Source of the DNA: Eledone cirrhosa
Taxonomy: Eukaryota
NCBI GenBank assembly: GCA_964016885.1
Contig: OZ024742.1
Location: 217,744,001-217,808,000, forward strand
Direction of reading: 5' to 3'
DNA length: 64,000 nt
The notes below the pieces were generated by a model, which saw nothing but the letters and a program-made list of their open reading frames with translations, did no database searches and was not told where the DNA came from. Numbering within the stretch: position 1 is the stretch's first letter; each line of letters opens with the position of its first letter. This document shows positions 42,660-55,855 of this stretch, in pieces. The position numbers were made by a program, and so were the translations under genes.

Positions 42660-43850
42660 ATGCCAACAAAAACGGATACAACCCTCATCAACTCAAATGA
42701 AGAGATCCTACAGGAACTCAAGAAAATCAACACCAACCTATCTTTGCTGGTCGACAAACTTGACTCCACAAATAAGGAAACCGCCATCGGATACAAACCC
42801 TCCGAAATCGGCGACAAACTCCAAAACCTTTGCGATACTATCCAAACTATGTTCACTACTACCAACCCAGGAAAAACCAACGAAGAACCATGTGAGATTG
42901 ATTCATACAAAATGAAAATTCGAACAATTCCAAAATGGAACAAATCCCTCAGAGACAGAAAGTTCTCATTCTGGAAGATGATACAAAATCACAACAAAGC
43001 AGAGATATATGAAAAATGGCTTAACTCAACCCCTCTAACTCTCCCCCGTAAACTACAAATAAAGTCCATTCCAAATGAACCCGAACCTCAAAGACATCTT
43101 AGGGAAAGAATGGCATTGGAAAAAATGAAGACAGAAATTGAACTTCTTAAACTGAGGGCCCAGACAAATGAGGAAAAAATCAAAACCATCGATGAAGAGA
43201 TCCTCCTGGAAATCAACAACAAAACTGAAGGCCCCAAGGTAGAGAAGATCTCCAAATTATGGAAAGGGGACTGCAACAGAGAAGAACTGAAATCCCTTCA
43301 ACGCTGGGAAAAAAGTGCCGCTTGGTTCCTACACTATGAATCGACTTTTCAAACGGATTACACCTCCAATAACCCGTTCATAAAAATAGGAAAACCCATA
43401 ACTGAACCGCACAACAACTTCTCAAACCCCCAAGCCTCTAACAAACGAAGAAGGAAGCACCACACCGAAGATGAACTTCCCAACCTCGTTACCATAAGAA
43501 GGAACAAAAACCCAAGAAATCATCTCCCCCAGAATGACATTTACAACTTTCCCCCTTCAAGGAGACACCATACCAAATCACTCAACTACTACGCGGATGC
43601 CTCATCGTCAAACATAGGGAAAAGATACCAGCGCCATGATAGATGTAACAACTTCCCCGCTTCAAGGGGACAGCAAGGTAATTACCATTTTCTCAACTCT
43701 CGCTTCCACAATACACAACAAACCCACACCACACGATACAACCAACAACGTAGGCCACTTATAACACCACAATACAACATGGCACATAGAAACACACACC
43801 CATACTCGCAGTACAGGAACACCCCATTCAATCTACAACCACCAACCTGA
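42660..43850 (+). CDS. PLE ORF1, 396 aa from the first ATG; coiled-coil N-half and basic N/Q/H/R-rich disordered C-half; frame continues past the TGA to TAA 43970
   Basis: Long open frame beginning ~25 nt after the 5' pseudo-LTR. Heptad-like stretches ILQELKKINTNLSLLVDKL and LEKMKTEIELLKLRAQTNEEKIKTIDEEI. Confidence 0.7.
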   Translation: MPTKTDTTLINSNEEILQELKKINTNLSLLVDKLDSTNKETAIGYKPSEIGDKLQNLCDTIQTMFTTTNPGKTNEEPCEIDSYKMKIRTIPKWNKSLRDRKFSFWKMIQNHNKAEIYEKWLNSTPLTLPRKLQIKSIPNEPEPQRHLRERMALEKMKTEIELLKLRAQTNEEKIKTIDEEILLEINNKTEGPKVEKISKLWKGDCNREELKSLQRWEKSAAWFLHYESTFQTDYTSNNPFIKIGKPITEPHNNFSNPQASNKRRRKHHTEDELPNLVTIRRNKNPRNHLPQNDIYNFPPSRRHHTKSLNYYADASSSNIGKRYQRHDRCNNFPASRGQQGNYHFLNSRFHNTQQTHTTRYNQQRRPLITPQYNMAHRNTHPYSQYRNTPFNLQPPT

Positions 43851-43936
43851 ACCACATTTTACAACAACAAGGAATATAACAAACACAGGAGACCACTTAA
43901 CATCAGCAGACAACCCCTCTACCCCAACCATTTTTT

Positions 43937-46250
43937 AGACACAGCACAGAGATACAGGCAAACAAAATAACACAAGACAGGGAGGAGAAACCGATAGTAA
44001 TAAAAATTATCAATCTTACTAGTGCAGAACCAACACCCAACCTTATCAACTTAATCTCCAAAGGTCTTAAATTCACACCGACCCCACTACGTCCTAACTA
44101 CTATGAAATGAAGGAAGACATCACAGACTTCTGTAGACAGTTACGACTTAGTGAACAACTATTCGACCAGTACAATGAGGATGAATCATTAGCCAGAAAT
44201 AGAAGCAATTACACCCCTTCAAAAGGTAGAAATAAAATCCTGGACGAATTCTGTGAACACATCACAAACTTCCCTTACCAACACTTGCACAGACAAAAAC
44301 ACAAGCCAAACCTCAACAAGAAAGAATGGGAAGAATTAAATAGATTAAAAACCGACAGAACCATTACAATTAAAGAGGCTGATAAAGGGAGTACAGTAGT
44401 CCTAATGGAGACAGAATTCTATATCAACTTAGCGCTCTCCACTTTGGAAAACGAAACATACTACGAAAAGGCTGAACACTACAATCAACAGAAAATTATG
44501 AGAAACCTAAAAACTCTAATCAACCAATACAAAGAAGGACTCACTAACAAGGAATTCAGCTTCATCACAGACTTCACAAGTAAATCCAGCCTTTTCTACG
44601 GTATCCCTAAAGTACATAAAAGCGAATCAATAAGTAAGGCATGCAAGGAAGCCACAGACATAGTCATCAATGTCCCCTCACCCAATGATCTCAAATTAAG
44701 ACCTATAATAGCAGGCCCCGCTTGCGAAACGCACCGTCTTAGCAACTTCATTGATACCCTTCTCAAACCCTTCCTCAAACACATCAAAAGCTATATAAGG
44801 GACGACCTAGATATGCTCAATCACCTCCCTAATATGCCACTTTCTGAACAAACCCTACTAGTGACGTTCGATGTAGTCAACCTATACTCCAACATCCCCC
44901 ACAACCTAGGAATAGAAGCTATCCAATTCTGGCTGGATAATTTCCACAATGAACTCCCACAACGCATCAAAAAAGAATTCGTGATAGAGGGACTCTATCT
45001 TGGAGAACAATTACTTCGTTTTCAATAACAAACCCTACAGGCAGAAATCTGGGACCGCTATGGGAACGAAAACAGCCCCCACTTATGCCAACCTAGTCAT
45101 GGGATACCTGGAAATCACCCTCTATACTAAAGTCCTAAACAAATTTGGAAACACCTTCCACTTACACATTGAAAGGAACTGGAAGCGATATCTAGATGAC
45201 TGCTTCATCCTTTGGCACGAAAACATCGAAAAACTTAAAGAATTTCACACCCTTATAAATGGGCTCAACACGAATATTAACTTCACAATGGAATACAGCC
45301 ATCAACAACTCCCCTTCCTCGACATCCTCATTAAGATCCATAACAAAAAAATAGAAACAGACATATACTACAAGCCCACAGACTCCAAGCAATATCTCCC
45401 CCTCAACTCTTGCCACCCTAGACACGTTAAAATTAATATTCCCTACAACTTAGCCAAGAGAATCTGTACTATAGTCTCCAATAAAAACATCTGCTACTTA
45501 CGGCTACAAGAACTAAAAGACACACTCATAGGCAGGGACTACCCTGCATCACTAATTGACAATGGAATCCAACGTGCCCTAAAACTCAGTACCCAGGACC
45601 TTAGACACCCTAAAGTAAATCAACCGAAACTAAAAGCTCTTCCATACATCTCCACACACAACCCCCTCAACAATGAGGCCTTTGACACCATCCTCCAGAA
45701 CATCCCTGTGTTGAAAAAGGACCATAGAATGAACCAAATTCTACGAACACACGATATCATAAAGAGCAAAATACAATCCAAGTCAATGAAAAACATCCTA
45801 ACACATGCCAAAGTACTGCCAACCACAACAACGAAACCCACAGTAAAAAAATGCGATAGACCCAACTGTGGCATTTGCATCAACCTAATAGAGGGTTCGG
45901 AATTCTATTTCAAAGATGGACAACGTTTTATAGTAAAACACAATTTCACATGTGCATCGGAAAATCTAATATATGTATTAACTTGCTCAGGTTGTCAAGA
46001 ACAATACATAGGCCAGACCAAAAACAGCCTCCGCCAACGCATGACTGTCCATAGATCCCAAATTAAAATACGGGAATACAGGAAAATACCACTGAGTGAA
46101 CACATTGATACCTGTGCCGCCCAAAATCATCCCAGCTTCAGAATCTTTCCCCTCTACAAATTTAAAGATAATGCCACCCACACACAGCGCATCAGCAAGG
46201 AATCTTACTTCATTAACAAATACGGACCCCGTCTAAACACTTCTCCCTAA
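43937..46250 (+). pseudogene. PLE ORF2: reverse transcriptase plus GIY-YIG endonuclease, with one frameshift near 44995
   Basis: Frame is open from 43901 with no ATG until 44108. The conserved IINL..KGLKFTPTP motif lies upstream of that ATG. A small deletion in VIEGL|LENNYF shifts the frame. Confidence 0.88.
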
Positions 46251-46368
46251 GACGAACCCACAAGATACACACGTCAACATACATACCTACATCAGCACAC
46301 ATCTCTACCCACATATAAACACAATGACATACGTAAACACACATGCTCTATGGTGCAACACAAAAAAA

Positions 46369-46438
<70 letters not shown>

Positions 46439-46789
46439 ATATATGTATGTGTATATATATATAGTGAATATCATTTCACACCTTTTATTGTTAAGATTTT
46501 TGATGTTCTATTAAGAGAACCGATTTTACTGAAAAAATCGAATAATGTACACCATTTTACCAGGGGGAAAAAAATACTGGTCCACCCACACACACACACA
46601 CACACATATATACACACACACATACACACGCGTACATTAACATACAAAGAGACTTATACACACACACACACACACGCACTTCTCCGTATAAGACAAAAGC
46701 TGAAAAATATCTTTTGACATGCTAAAATACCCCCCATTGCTTTCAGACACATTCTTACTGACCATCCCTGCTACCACGAATTACTCTGC

Positions 46790-46849
<60 letters not shown>

Positions 46850-47287
46850 TACACACTTATCTTAATACCCATTTGACACACATCCCTGCTAACCATTATC
46901 ACAACATCGAACACCTTACTACTACTACTACTACACACACACACACACACACATATTTGTTGTGAAAGAGTCATTTCTCAATCTTGGCGCAAAACCAATT
47001 TTTTATTCACATGACCTCTACCGATCAATCAAAATTGTTTTGACCACAAGAATTTTTGCAAACACCAAGTAGCGCTGGAGCCACTTTTTTAACATAAAAA
47101 CAGTCTTGGCGCAAAATCAATTTTTTACATTCACATGACCTCTACCGACCAATCAAAATTGTTTTGACCACAAGAATTTTTGCAACACCAAAGTAACGCT
47201 GGAGCCACTTTTTTAACATAAAAACAGGTAGAATTCCCAAAACTAATCAGATCAGAGCAAACAGCACGGACACTCTATCTCAAAATT

Positions 47288-47326
47288 ATTTTTGAAAAGC
47301 ATTTAGAAATGCGCAACCGGTAAAAA
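47288..47326 (+). ncRNA. Variant minimal hammerhead in the pseudo-LTR (also at 42437-42470 and on the minus strand at ~60920-60956)
   Basis: TTT-TTGAAAA-GCATT(taga)AATGC-GCAA-CCGG-TA-AAA: U3-A8 covariation, A13C, palindromic ACCGGT. Confidence 0.65.
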
Positions 47327-47515
47327 CTTAAAAACTTAAAACCACAACTGAATACTAACCCATACAATCACTAATACTCTTTTATTCCTAATTAAACCAT
47401 TTTTCAACTGTGAACAATTTGTCAGTATTTTCTATTCCGTTTACCAATATATAATAACTTGTGTGTTACACCTCTATTCTTTTAACTATATATCTATATA
47501 TCTCTCTATATATAT

Positions 47516-47597
<82 letters not shown>

Positions 47598-47611
47598 ACA
47601 TATATATATAT

Positions 47612-47861
47612 TTTGGGATGAGTCATAAATAATTTTTGATTTTTAAAAGCAAGTTGTAACTCTGCAATTCAAACCTCCAATGTTTTAAACGCAACCGGAA
47701 ATTACCTGATTAGAGAGAGTCTTAATCGGTCATTCTTATTTCATTAGTGAAAGAGTGCGCATCATAATTTAATCAATGATTTCACGCCCCTAAAATGGAG
47801 GAACTGAAAATGCATATTCGACACGTAATGTTGTGTGAATTTAAGAATAACAAAAACGCTA
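47612..47861 (+). mobile_element. Mariner transposon 5' fragment
   Basis: From ATG ~47795 it reads MEELKMHIRHVMLCEFKNNKNAT, typical of a mariner transposase N-terminus. Truncated by the adjacent LINE. Confidence 0.6.
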
Positions 47862-50197
47862 CGTTGACTGCAGACACGCCGGTGGCTGTCAAGACCAATG
47901 CGGAACAGACAGGCACAGCCGCAGCGGCTGCAGCTGAAGGTATGGTTAGGGTTTGATGATGTGGTGTTGCAGTTCTTCATCCTGCGACTTATGTCCCCGA
48001 GATTGGCTCTGCGGGTGTTTTCGAAGGAAGAGACAGTATGGTTTATGGTGACATGCCAAACGTCATGATCTTCAGCTAGGGTGCACCACTGGTGATGGTC
48101 AATGTGACAGGCATCAAGGGATTTTTTTCAAACAGTCCTTGTATCACTTCCTCTATGGCGATGGCCGGTGGAGAGTTCACCGTACAATGTGATCCTGGGC
48201 TTGCAATGATATTTCATCCATGGCCTCGATGCTGGTGACAAGTGAAATGTTGAGGATGGTGCGGAGGCAGCGCTGGTGGAAGCGATCGAGGAGTCGAAGA
48301 TGGTGACGAAAATTGATCCACGATTCTGAGCCATATAGGGCAGTCGTAAAGACTATAGCTCTGTACACGCTGATATTGGTACCTTTCTTCAGGTGTTTAT
48401 TGTTCTACACGCGTTTGAATAGTCTGCCAAATGCACTGTTCGCCTTTGCCAGTTTGTTGTCAATTTCAGTGTCGAATTTGGCTTCTGGCGTGATGGTGCA
48501 CCCCAAGTAAGTGAACCGATGGATCATTTTCAATTCAGTCACACCAATGGTGATATGAAGAGAGTGGTATTCTTTCCGAGGGGCCGCCTGATGAAGTAGC
48601 TCCATCTGGCTTCTTTAAGCAGGAAGTGTTACGCAGCAAGGCTACGAGGGCAACAAGGGCAGCATCGTCGTCAAAGAAGTGTCGGATCAGTTCCTCCAGG
48701 GTCTTAGTGTAGACCTGTAGACATCGAAGATTAAACAGGCTACCATCAAGACGGTATCTGATGTAGAGTCCGTCTTCCTCATCAAAATCTTCTGTGACCT
48801 GCTAGAGCATCATGCAGAAGACGATGGTAAAGAGAGTCGGTGCCAGTACGCAACCCTGCTTCACTCCATTGATGATCGGGAAGTGTTTTGAGAGGTCACC
48901 ACTGAGAGGTATTTGTGCAGCTGGATGACTATGTTCAGGAACTTTGGGGGACAGACGAGACGTTCCATGATCTGCCACATTCTTTTTCTGATCACTGCAT
49001 CGAATGCTTTAGGCAAATTAACGAACCCTTTGTTTTGCCCTCGCACTTCTCTTGGAACCGACTGAGAACAAACACCATGTCTGTGTTGATCTTGTTGGCC
49101 CTGAAGCCATACTGACTCTCTGGGAGGTTATCTTCAGCAATAGTGTGTACCAGTCTGTTCAACAGAATCCTTGTGAAGATTTTTCCTATGATAGTGAACA
49201 GAGTAACCCTCCGGTAATTTGAACAGCCAAGCCAGACTTTTCCCCTTTGTTCTTGTACAGGAAGATGGTGACTGCATCGCGGAGATCTGGTGGTATATTG
49301 CTCTGCTCGCATCAAGAGACGAAGAGCTCGTAAGATTTCGCATGCAAAGCTAGGCCTCATGCTTCCAAATCTCAGGTGGAATTCCATCGACTCCTGTTGC
49401 TTTGCCACTCTTTAGTTGCTCTGTGGCTTTTCTGGTCTCTTCAATAATGGGCAACTCATCCAATTCTGCTTTTATTGGTTGTTTAGGGAATGCAGAGAAT
49501 TGATGATTACTGGAAAGTCCGGTTAGCGCTGAAGAGGGTCTGGAAATATCTTGACCAATGGCTTAGGATAGACACCCTGTCTGTGAGAAGTGCCTGACCG
49601 TTTGCACTGCACAAAGGACCCTGGACCTGACACGTAGGACCGTATACTGCATTTAAGGCTTCGTAAAAGCCTCTGATGTCATCGGTGTCTATGTATAGCT
49701 GAGCTCACTCAGTGAGGTTGGTCCACCACTTGTTCTGTATCTCTTGAACCTTGCACTAGAGGTTACTGCATACGAGGGATTACGCTGCTTTCTTCGCAGG
49801 ACAAGATGGCTAAGCTAAGTGTGCCTGATGGGGGGTTCTCTTAACCAGCAATTCTTGAATTTTGTTGTTGTTTTTGTCAAATCAGTTTTGTTCTTTGAGG
49901 TGAACCCAAGGACTTCCCCAGATGTCTGTCGAATGGCAGTTTTGAATTGTTCCCACAGTGTTTCACGAAAGGAATCTGTAAGAACTCTTGCATCTTTAAG
50001 GATTATGATCTTGTCCTCCGCAGGGGTGGCTTGTAGGGGACTGCGCAGATCAGAATAAAACTTGTCCTTTAATGAATGATCTGCTTGGAGTGTTGGGAAG
50101 AATACATTGAAGAGTGAGAGGCGCATTGAGATGATCTGGTCAGAATGACCTGTTGACAGGGTTTCAAGCTTGGAAGCGACAGCATTTCTGACCATAT
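47862..50197 (-). mobile_element. Decayed RTE/BovB-like LINE
   Basis: Minus-strand fragments SNYRRVTL, LPESQYGFR, KAFD, FTYLG, KANSAFGRL, YRAIV..LYGSESW, LYGELSTG and a terminal CxxC..H zinc motif. Confidence 0.8.
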
Positions 50198-50387
50198 GCA
50201 CTTAAGTGTGGACACCTTTAATTCGTTGCATCTCTACATTAAATGTTCAAACCGGACTTGGATTATACCTGCATTTCCACCGTATATCTTCCCGGATTAC
50301 AGGACTTTTTACACTGCTTATTACATTACACCGGTGCCCTACGGATTACCACTACTTTTCCACTTACTACGTCATTCTCACCTATAT

Positions 50388-52724
50388 AGATGAGATATAT
50401 TTCTAGCAATGAAGCCATATGGAGAATCTGTGGCTTTGACATACACAATAGACTCCCAGCGGAAGTGAACCTTGCAGTCCAATTGGAGAATGGTCAGAGG
50501 ATATATTACACTGACGAAAATGCACAATTGATAATTGAGTATCCTCCAGACACAACGCTCACTGCTTTTTTAAAGCTTTGTGAAGAAGATACCTTTGCTA
50601 AAACCTTGCCTTATCGTGAGGTTCTCACATTCTACACATGGAATAAAAAGAAATGGAGCAGACGAAAGATAGGCAACCATGTGGATGGCTATCAAGACTT
50701 CAAAGCAAGTGGTGCAATAGGAAGAGTGTACACGGCCCATCCTAGACATAGGGAATGTTTCCATTTGAGGTCACTCCTTCACACTGTTAGAGGGCCAACA
50801 TCATTAGAAAATATTAAAACTGTACATGGAACTCCCTGTGCAATGTATGCTGAAGCATGGAAATTACTTGTCCTACTTAAAGATGGGGAAAAGACATTGG
50901 AAGGCACACAAATGCCTAAAAAGCTTTGACAGCTCTTCACTGTAATGCTCACTACGTGCAATATTTCAGATCCCTTGAGTCTCTGGGAAAGATATAAGAA
51001 AGACTTGTCGGAAGATATATTGCACAGAGTCAAACTTAAAAACACTGGCATTAATGTAGATTTTTCTTCCCCTAATTAACAACCACCTGAGTGAAATTGA
51101 CTGGTCCTTTAAGGATTGCGGTTACCAGAACCTGGGGACACAGCTGCATGTCATATTGTACAGGATATAAGAAGATAGATGTACTATGACATCAACAACT
51201 TACACAATAGGTCAATGAAAATAAAGAAAAGCTGATTGAAGATAAAAGAATTGCTTATGAAAAATATTGACCAGTATCAATCAGAATGAAGGAGGCCTTT
51301 ACTTCTTGGATGCTCCAGAGGAACTGGTAAAACCTTCATAATAAATCTTATATTAGCAAAAATAAGGCAGCGAAAGCAAATTGCTTTGGCTGTTGCATCA
51401 AGTGGTATTGCTGCTACCTTACTTGATGGAGGCAAAACAGCACACTCAGCGTTCAAGTTACCATTGAATGTCACAAGGGAAGAGTCTCCTTCGTGCAATA
51501 CCAAAAAGAACACACCAAAAGCAATGCTTTTAGAGAAATTCTCCGTGATCATATGGGATGAGGCCACAATGGCACATAGAAAGTTATTTGAGGCTCTGGA
51601 CCATTCTTTAAGAGACATTAGAGGATGTAATGAAATCATGGGAGGAGTAACGATGGTGCTTGCTGGTGATTCAGACAGATTCTCCCCGTCGTCCCTAAAA
51701 GCACGAGAGCTGATATTGTAAATGTTTGCCTCAAAGTCTCAACTATATGGCAACAAGTCCAGCGATTACCCACGGGGACAAACATGTGAGCGCAGTTGTA
51801 CAATGATGCAGAAATTGATACTTTTGCAAAACAGCTAATTACACTAGGTGATGGAAATCTGCAACAATATGAAAATGGAGAAGTCAACCTTCCATTTGGA
51901 AATGTCTGTAATACAACAAATGAACTAATTGATCAAGTATTTCCAAATGTTGCCTCAAATTATATCAATCAATCGTGGCTGTTTGAGCGAGCAATTTTAG
52001 CGCCAAAAAATAATATGGTAAATCAGATCAACCATTGCCTACTGGATACACTCCCAGGGAGGTTCATACATATGTTTCCATTGACAATATTGAAAAGGAT
52101 GACGGAGTTGTTCATTATCCTGCAGAGTTCCTTAATAGTCTGGAACTTTCTGGACTTCCTCCACACAAATTAACGCTAAAGATTGGAACTTCCATCATCC
52201 TTTTGAGAAACCTCGACCCAACACGTCTATGCAATGGCACACACTTAATAGTGAGGCGGATGGTGAAACATCGCCTAGAGGTCACTATTCTTGGAGGCAA
52301 TTATCAAGGCGAAAATGCATTTATTCCAAAGATTCCACTTATCCCTTCCTCTACCGAGCTGCCATTCAAATTCTCAAGACTTCAGTTCCCTGTTAGAGTC
52401 TGTTTTGCTATGACCATAAATAAAGTTCAGGGTCAGAGTTTCAAAGTTGTAGGATTTTATCTGAGAGAATCGGTTTTTACTCATGGACAGTTATATGTAG
52501 GTTGTTCACGATTGGGAACATCTAAAAATCTTCATATACTATGCACGAACGGTAAAACCAAGACTCTGGTGCATCTGAAAGTTTTTTGACTTTTTTGTCA
52601 CACATACACTACGGTCTCGCCTCATATTGTAAACCAGACAACGCATCCAATACAGTCGTTTTCTCTTCTACCTGTCTTCTCTTATCAACTGTTCACCCTA
52701 GGTGAAACGGGGTACCTCATCTAG
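50388..52724 (+). mobile_element. Helitron 3' half (end of Rep plus PIF1-family helicase, decayed) with CTAG terminus
   Basis: RYISSNEAIWRI, LLHTVRGPTS, GTGKT, AVASSGIAATLL, IIWDEA, LLRNLD..LCNGT, FAMTINK.QGQS, HGQLYV. Subterminal hairpin accc..gggt, then CTAG|T at 52721-52725. Confidence 0.88.
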
Positions 52725-53035
52725 TATATGTATAGAAAGAAAAGACGAAAAAGAGACGATAGCGGAGAGAAAGGAAAAGAAAGGAAAAAAAAAATAAAAA
52801 ACATACCGATAGATGTATTTTTTTCTTTTTTCTTCTTTTTTTTTTTTTCTTTTTCCTCTTTTCTTTCCCTTATAACTTCTTGATAATAATTTATGGGCGG
52901 CTATGATTAGATGTACTGTCTATAATGCGCTGAAACATTTGTGACCCGTAGTAGACAACTGACGAAGGGAAAATGTCCATCTCTTGTTTGTGTTCCCTTT
53001 TCTAACACTCGTTATCAGTAACCACGCAGCCTCGT

Positions 53036-53084
<49 letters not shown>

Positions 53085-53099
53085 TATAAAACAAAGAGG

Positions 53100-53269
53100 G
53101 TGTGGTAAGATACCAGGTGGACTATAACGCACCAGAGTACTCAATACTTAGGGTAGTTGAGTGAGCAATAGGAAAAGAGTCAGGACCCCGATGGCTGAGC
53201 TCTGGCCGTTTCGACAGCTAGATCTAGCTATCGAAACGGCCGGAGCTCAGCCGTCGGGGTCCTGACTCT

Positions 53270-53272
<3 letters not shown>
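53100..53272. repeat. Fold-back hairpin (~50-bp arms, no loop) from a PLE 3' end, in (TA)n
   Basis: gaaaagagtcaggacccc...cagctagatctagctatcgaaac...ggggtcctgactcttttc. Confidence 0.8.
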
Positions 53273-53358
<86 letters not shown>

Positions 53359-53363
<5 letters not shown>

Positions 53364-53524
53364 ATAAACACAGTAAATCATGTGTCTAAAATTACGAGGG
53401 TTGAAAAACCACATTTGTTTGAAATATTTAATCACATATTTAACCACATGGTTAAATATTTCAAACGAATGTGGTTTTTCAGTCCTCGTAATTTTAGACA
53501 CACGATTTACTGTGTTTATTACTA
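53359..53524. repeat. Inverted repeat (~75-bp arms), followed by a SINE 3' fragment at 53540-53631
   Basis: tagtaataaacacagtaaatc...gatttactgtgtttattacta. Confidence 0.8.
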
Positions 53525-54144
53525 CATATATTATTATAATTGTTTCTACTTTAGGCACAAGGCCAGCAATTACCCAGTGCATTACTGGTACTTTATTTTA
53601 TCGACCCCGTAAGGATGAAAGGCAAAGTCAATGCTCAGTATTTATACTTTGAGCTTGTTAATTACAGGGTATCAATATGAGTTATTAACTCTACCTTACA
53701 TACATACTTATATTTAGGTATCAGCCGTACTAAGAGTGAGAAATGAAATTTCGTTTCATTCTTTTTCATTTATCATTTTCGGTACGCCCGGCCGACTAAC
53801 TCACTCGATATGCAAATTAGGCTGCTCAGCCGTTAATATGCATAAGGAAAGTATATACTTTCAAACGTTCAATCATCTGACAGAAAGGTATACGATGCTG
53901 ACGATAGCTAATAAGCTTGAAACTAGTACATCGTTCCTGTGTCAGTGTTGAACAAAAGGGCGACGATGGTTGCCGAGAACTGTACGGCGTAATTCGGGCT
54001 GTTTGTTTACAAACAAACTGAACATTATAATAAATGTTCGGTAAACCCATACGTACATATATATATATATATGTGTGCATGTATGTATATATATACATAC
54101 TACTACTGTACGTCTGTATACATATATGTATGTAGGTATACATA

Positions 54145-54304
<160 letters not shown>

Positions 54305-54542
54305 TGTGCATATATACGAGGACATATTCTAAACATATATTGTAGACATCCAATTTTAACTTTTGTGAGGAAGCAAGACAGCCATATTCATGTGACATTG
54401 TTCATATGATAATCGGTTCTGTATTTCCTTATTCCAACACTTTATAATTTGCATTGTCGTCTGCAGATTTTCAATATGAATGAATTCTTTTTCCCCTTCA
54501 ATATAACTACACATATAATATTGAACAACGTCTGTATGTGTG

Positions 54543-54608
<66 letters not shown>

Positions 54609-54651
54609 GCTTATAAATAGACATACATACATACACACATATACATAGAGT

Positions 54652-54741
<90 letters not shown>

Positions 54742-54851
54742 ACATTTTAGGTGGCGGTTAGTGAAGCATCACAACCGACTCTTCAACCGTACACATTATG
54801 CGCACACTTACACACCCATACACTAACACAGACACAACATATATATATATA

Positions 54852-54919
<68 letters not shown>

Positions 54920-55012
54920 CATATGCATACACACACGCATATACATATATATATATATAAATATATATACATACAATATATATATATACACTCACATATA
55001 TATATATTTGCT

Positions 55013-55134
<122 letters not shown>

Positions 55135-55239
55135 GATATATATATGTAGGAGGTGAGTTTTATTGTAGCACAATACAGCAATGCAAATATCGGATAGGTA
55201 GCACTCTACAATTTATAGGACTAGAGTATAAATAATATA

Positions 55240-55311
<72 letters not shown>

Positions 55312-55468
55312 CACACACACACACACACATATATATATACACACACATATATTTATATATATTTTTATATATATATTTATTTGCTTATATATATATATAT
55401 ACATATATATACACACACATATATTTTTAAATATATATATTTGCTTATATATATATATATACATATAT

Positions 55469-55524
<56 letters not shown>

Positions 55525-55551
55525 GCACATACATACATACACACACACACA

Positions 55552-55586
<35 letters not shown>

Positions 55587-55855
55587 GTAATCACGCAAAC
55601 AATATAACGTATATATACAAGCAATGCTCCATTAAGTTTAACAGATGTTACACGTGAGATTGTCAGTACACATATTTTCTTTCTTTATTTCATATTATTC
55701 CTTTTCACACTTCTCAATTAATAAGTAGACTCTAGATTTATTCATTCCGTCCGTCTAAAACATGTTTTATTTCGCTGTGATTAAGACACTTTCAATCAAT
55801 TGTTCAACTTGTCGTTTAGTTCAGCTCTTTTAGTTAAATAGTTGTATAGATAACA

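Larger units (their letters stand above)
42438..47489 (+). mobile_element. Near-complete EN+ Penelope-like retroelement (Neptune-type Cys linker) with ~195-bp pseudo-LTRs and two ORFs
   Basis: 42438-42634 matches 47293-47489. RT motifs KEADKG, FYGIPKVHK, LRPII, FDVVNLYSNIP, GTAMG, RYLDD, LPFLD. Linker CDRPNCGIC; GIY-YIG LIY...YIGQT. Confidence 0.92.

Noticed and set aside
43678-43938. Intron AAG|GTAATT...TTTTTTAG joining PLE ORF1 to RT
   Set aside because: It is 261 nt (a multiple of 3). Splicing would remove the TGA but stay in the ORF1 frame and stop at 43968, so it does not reach RT.
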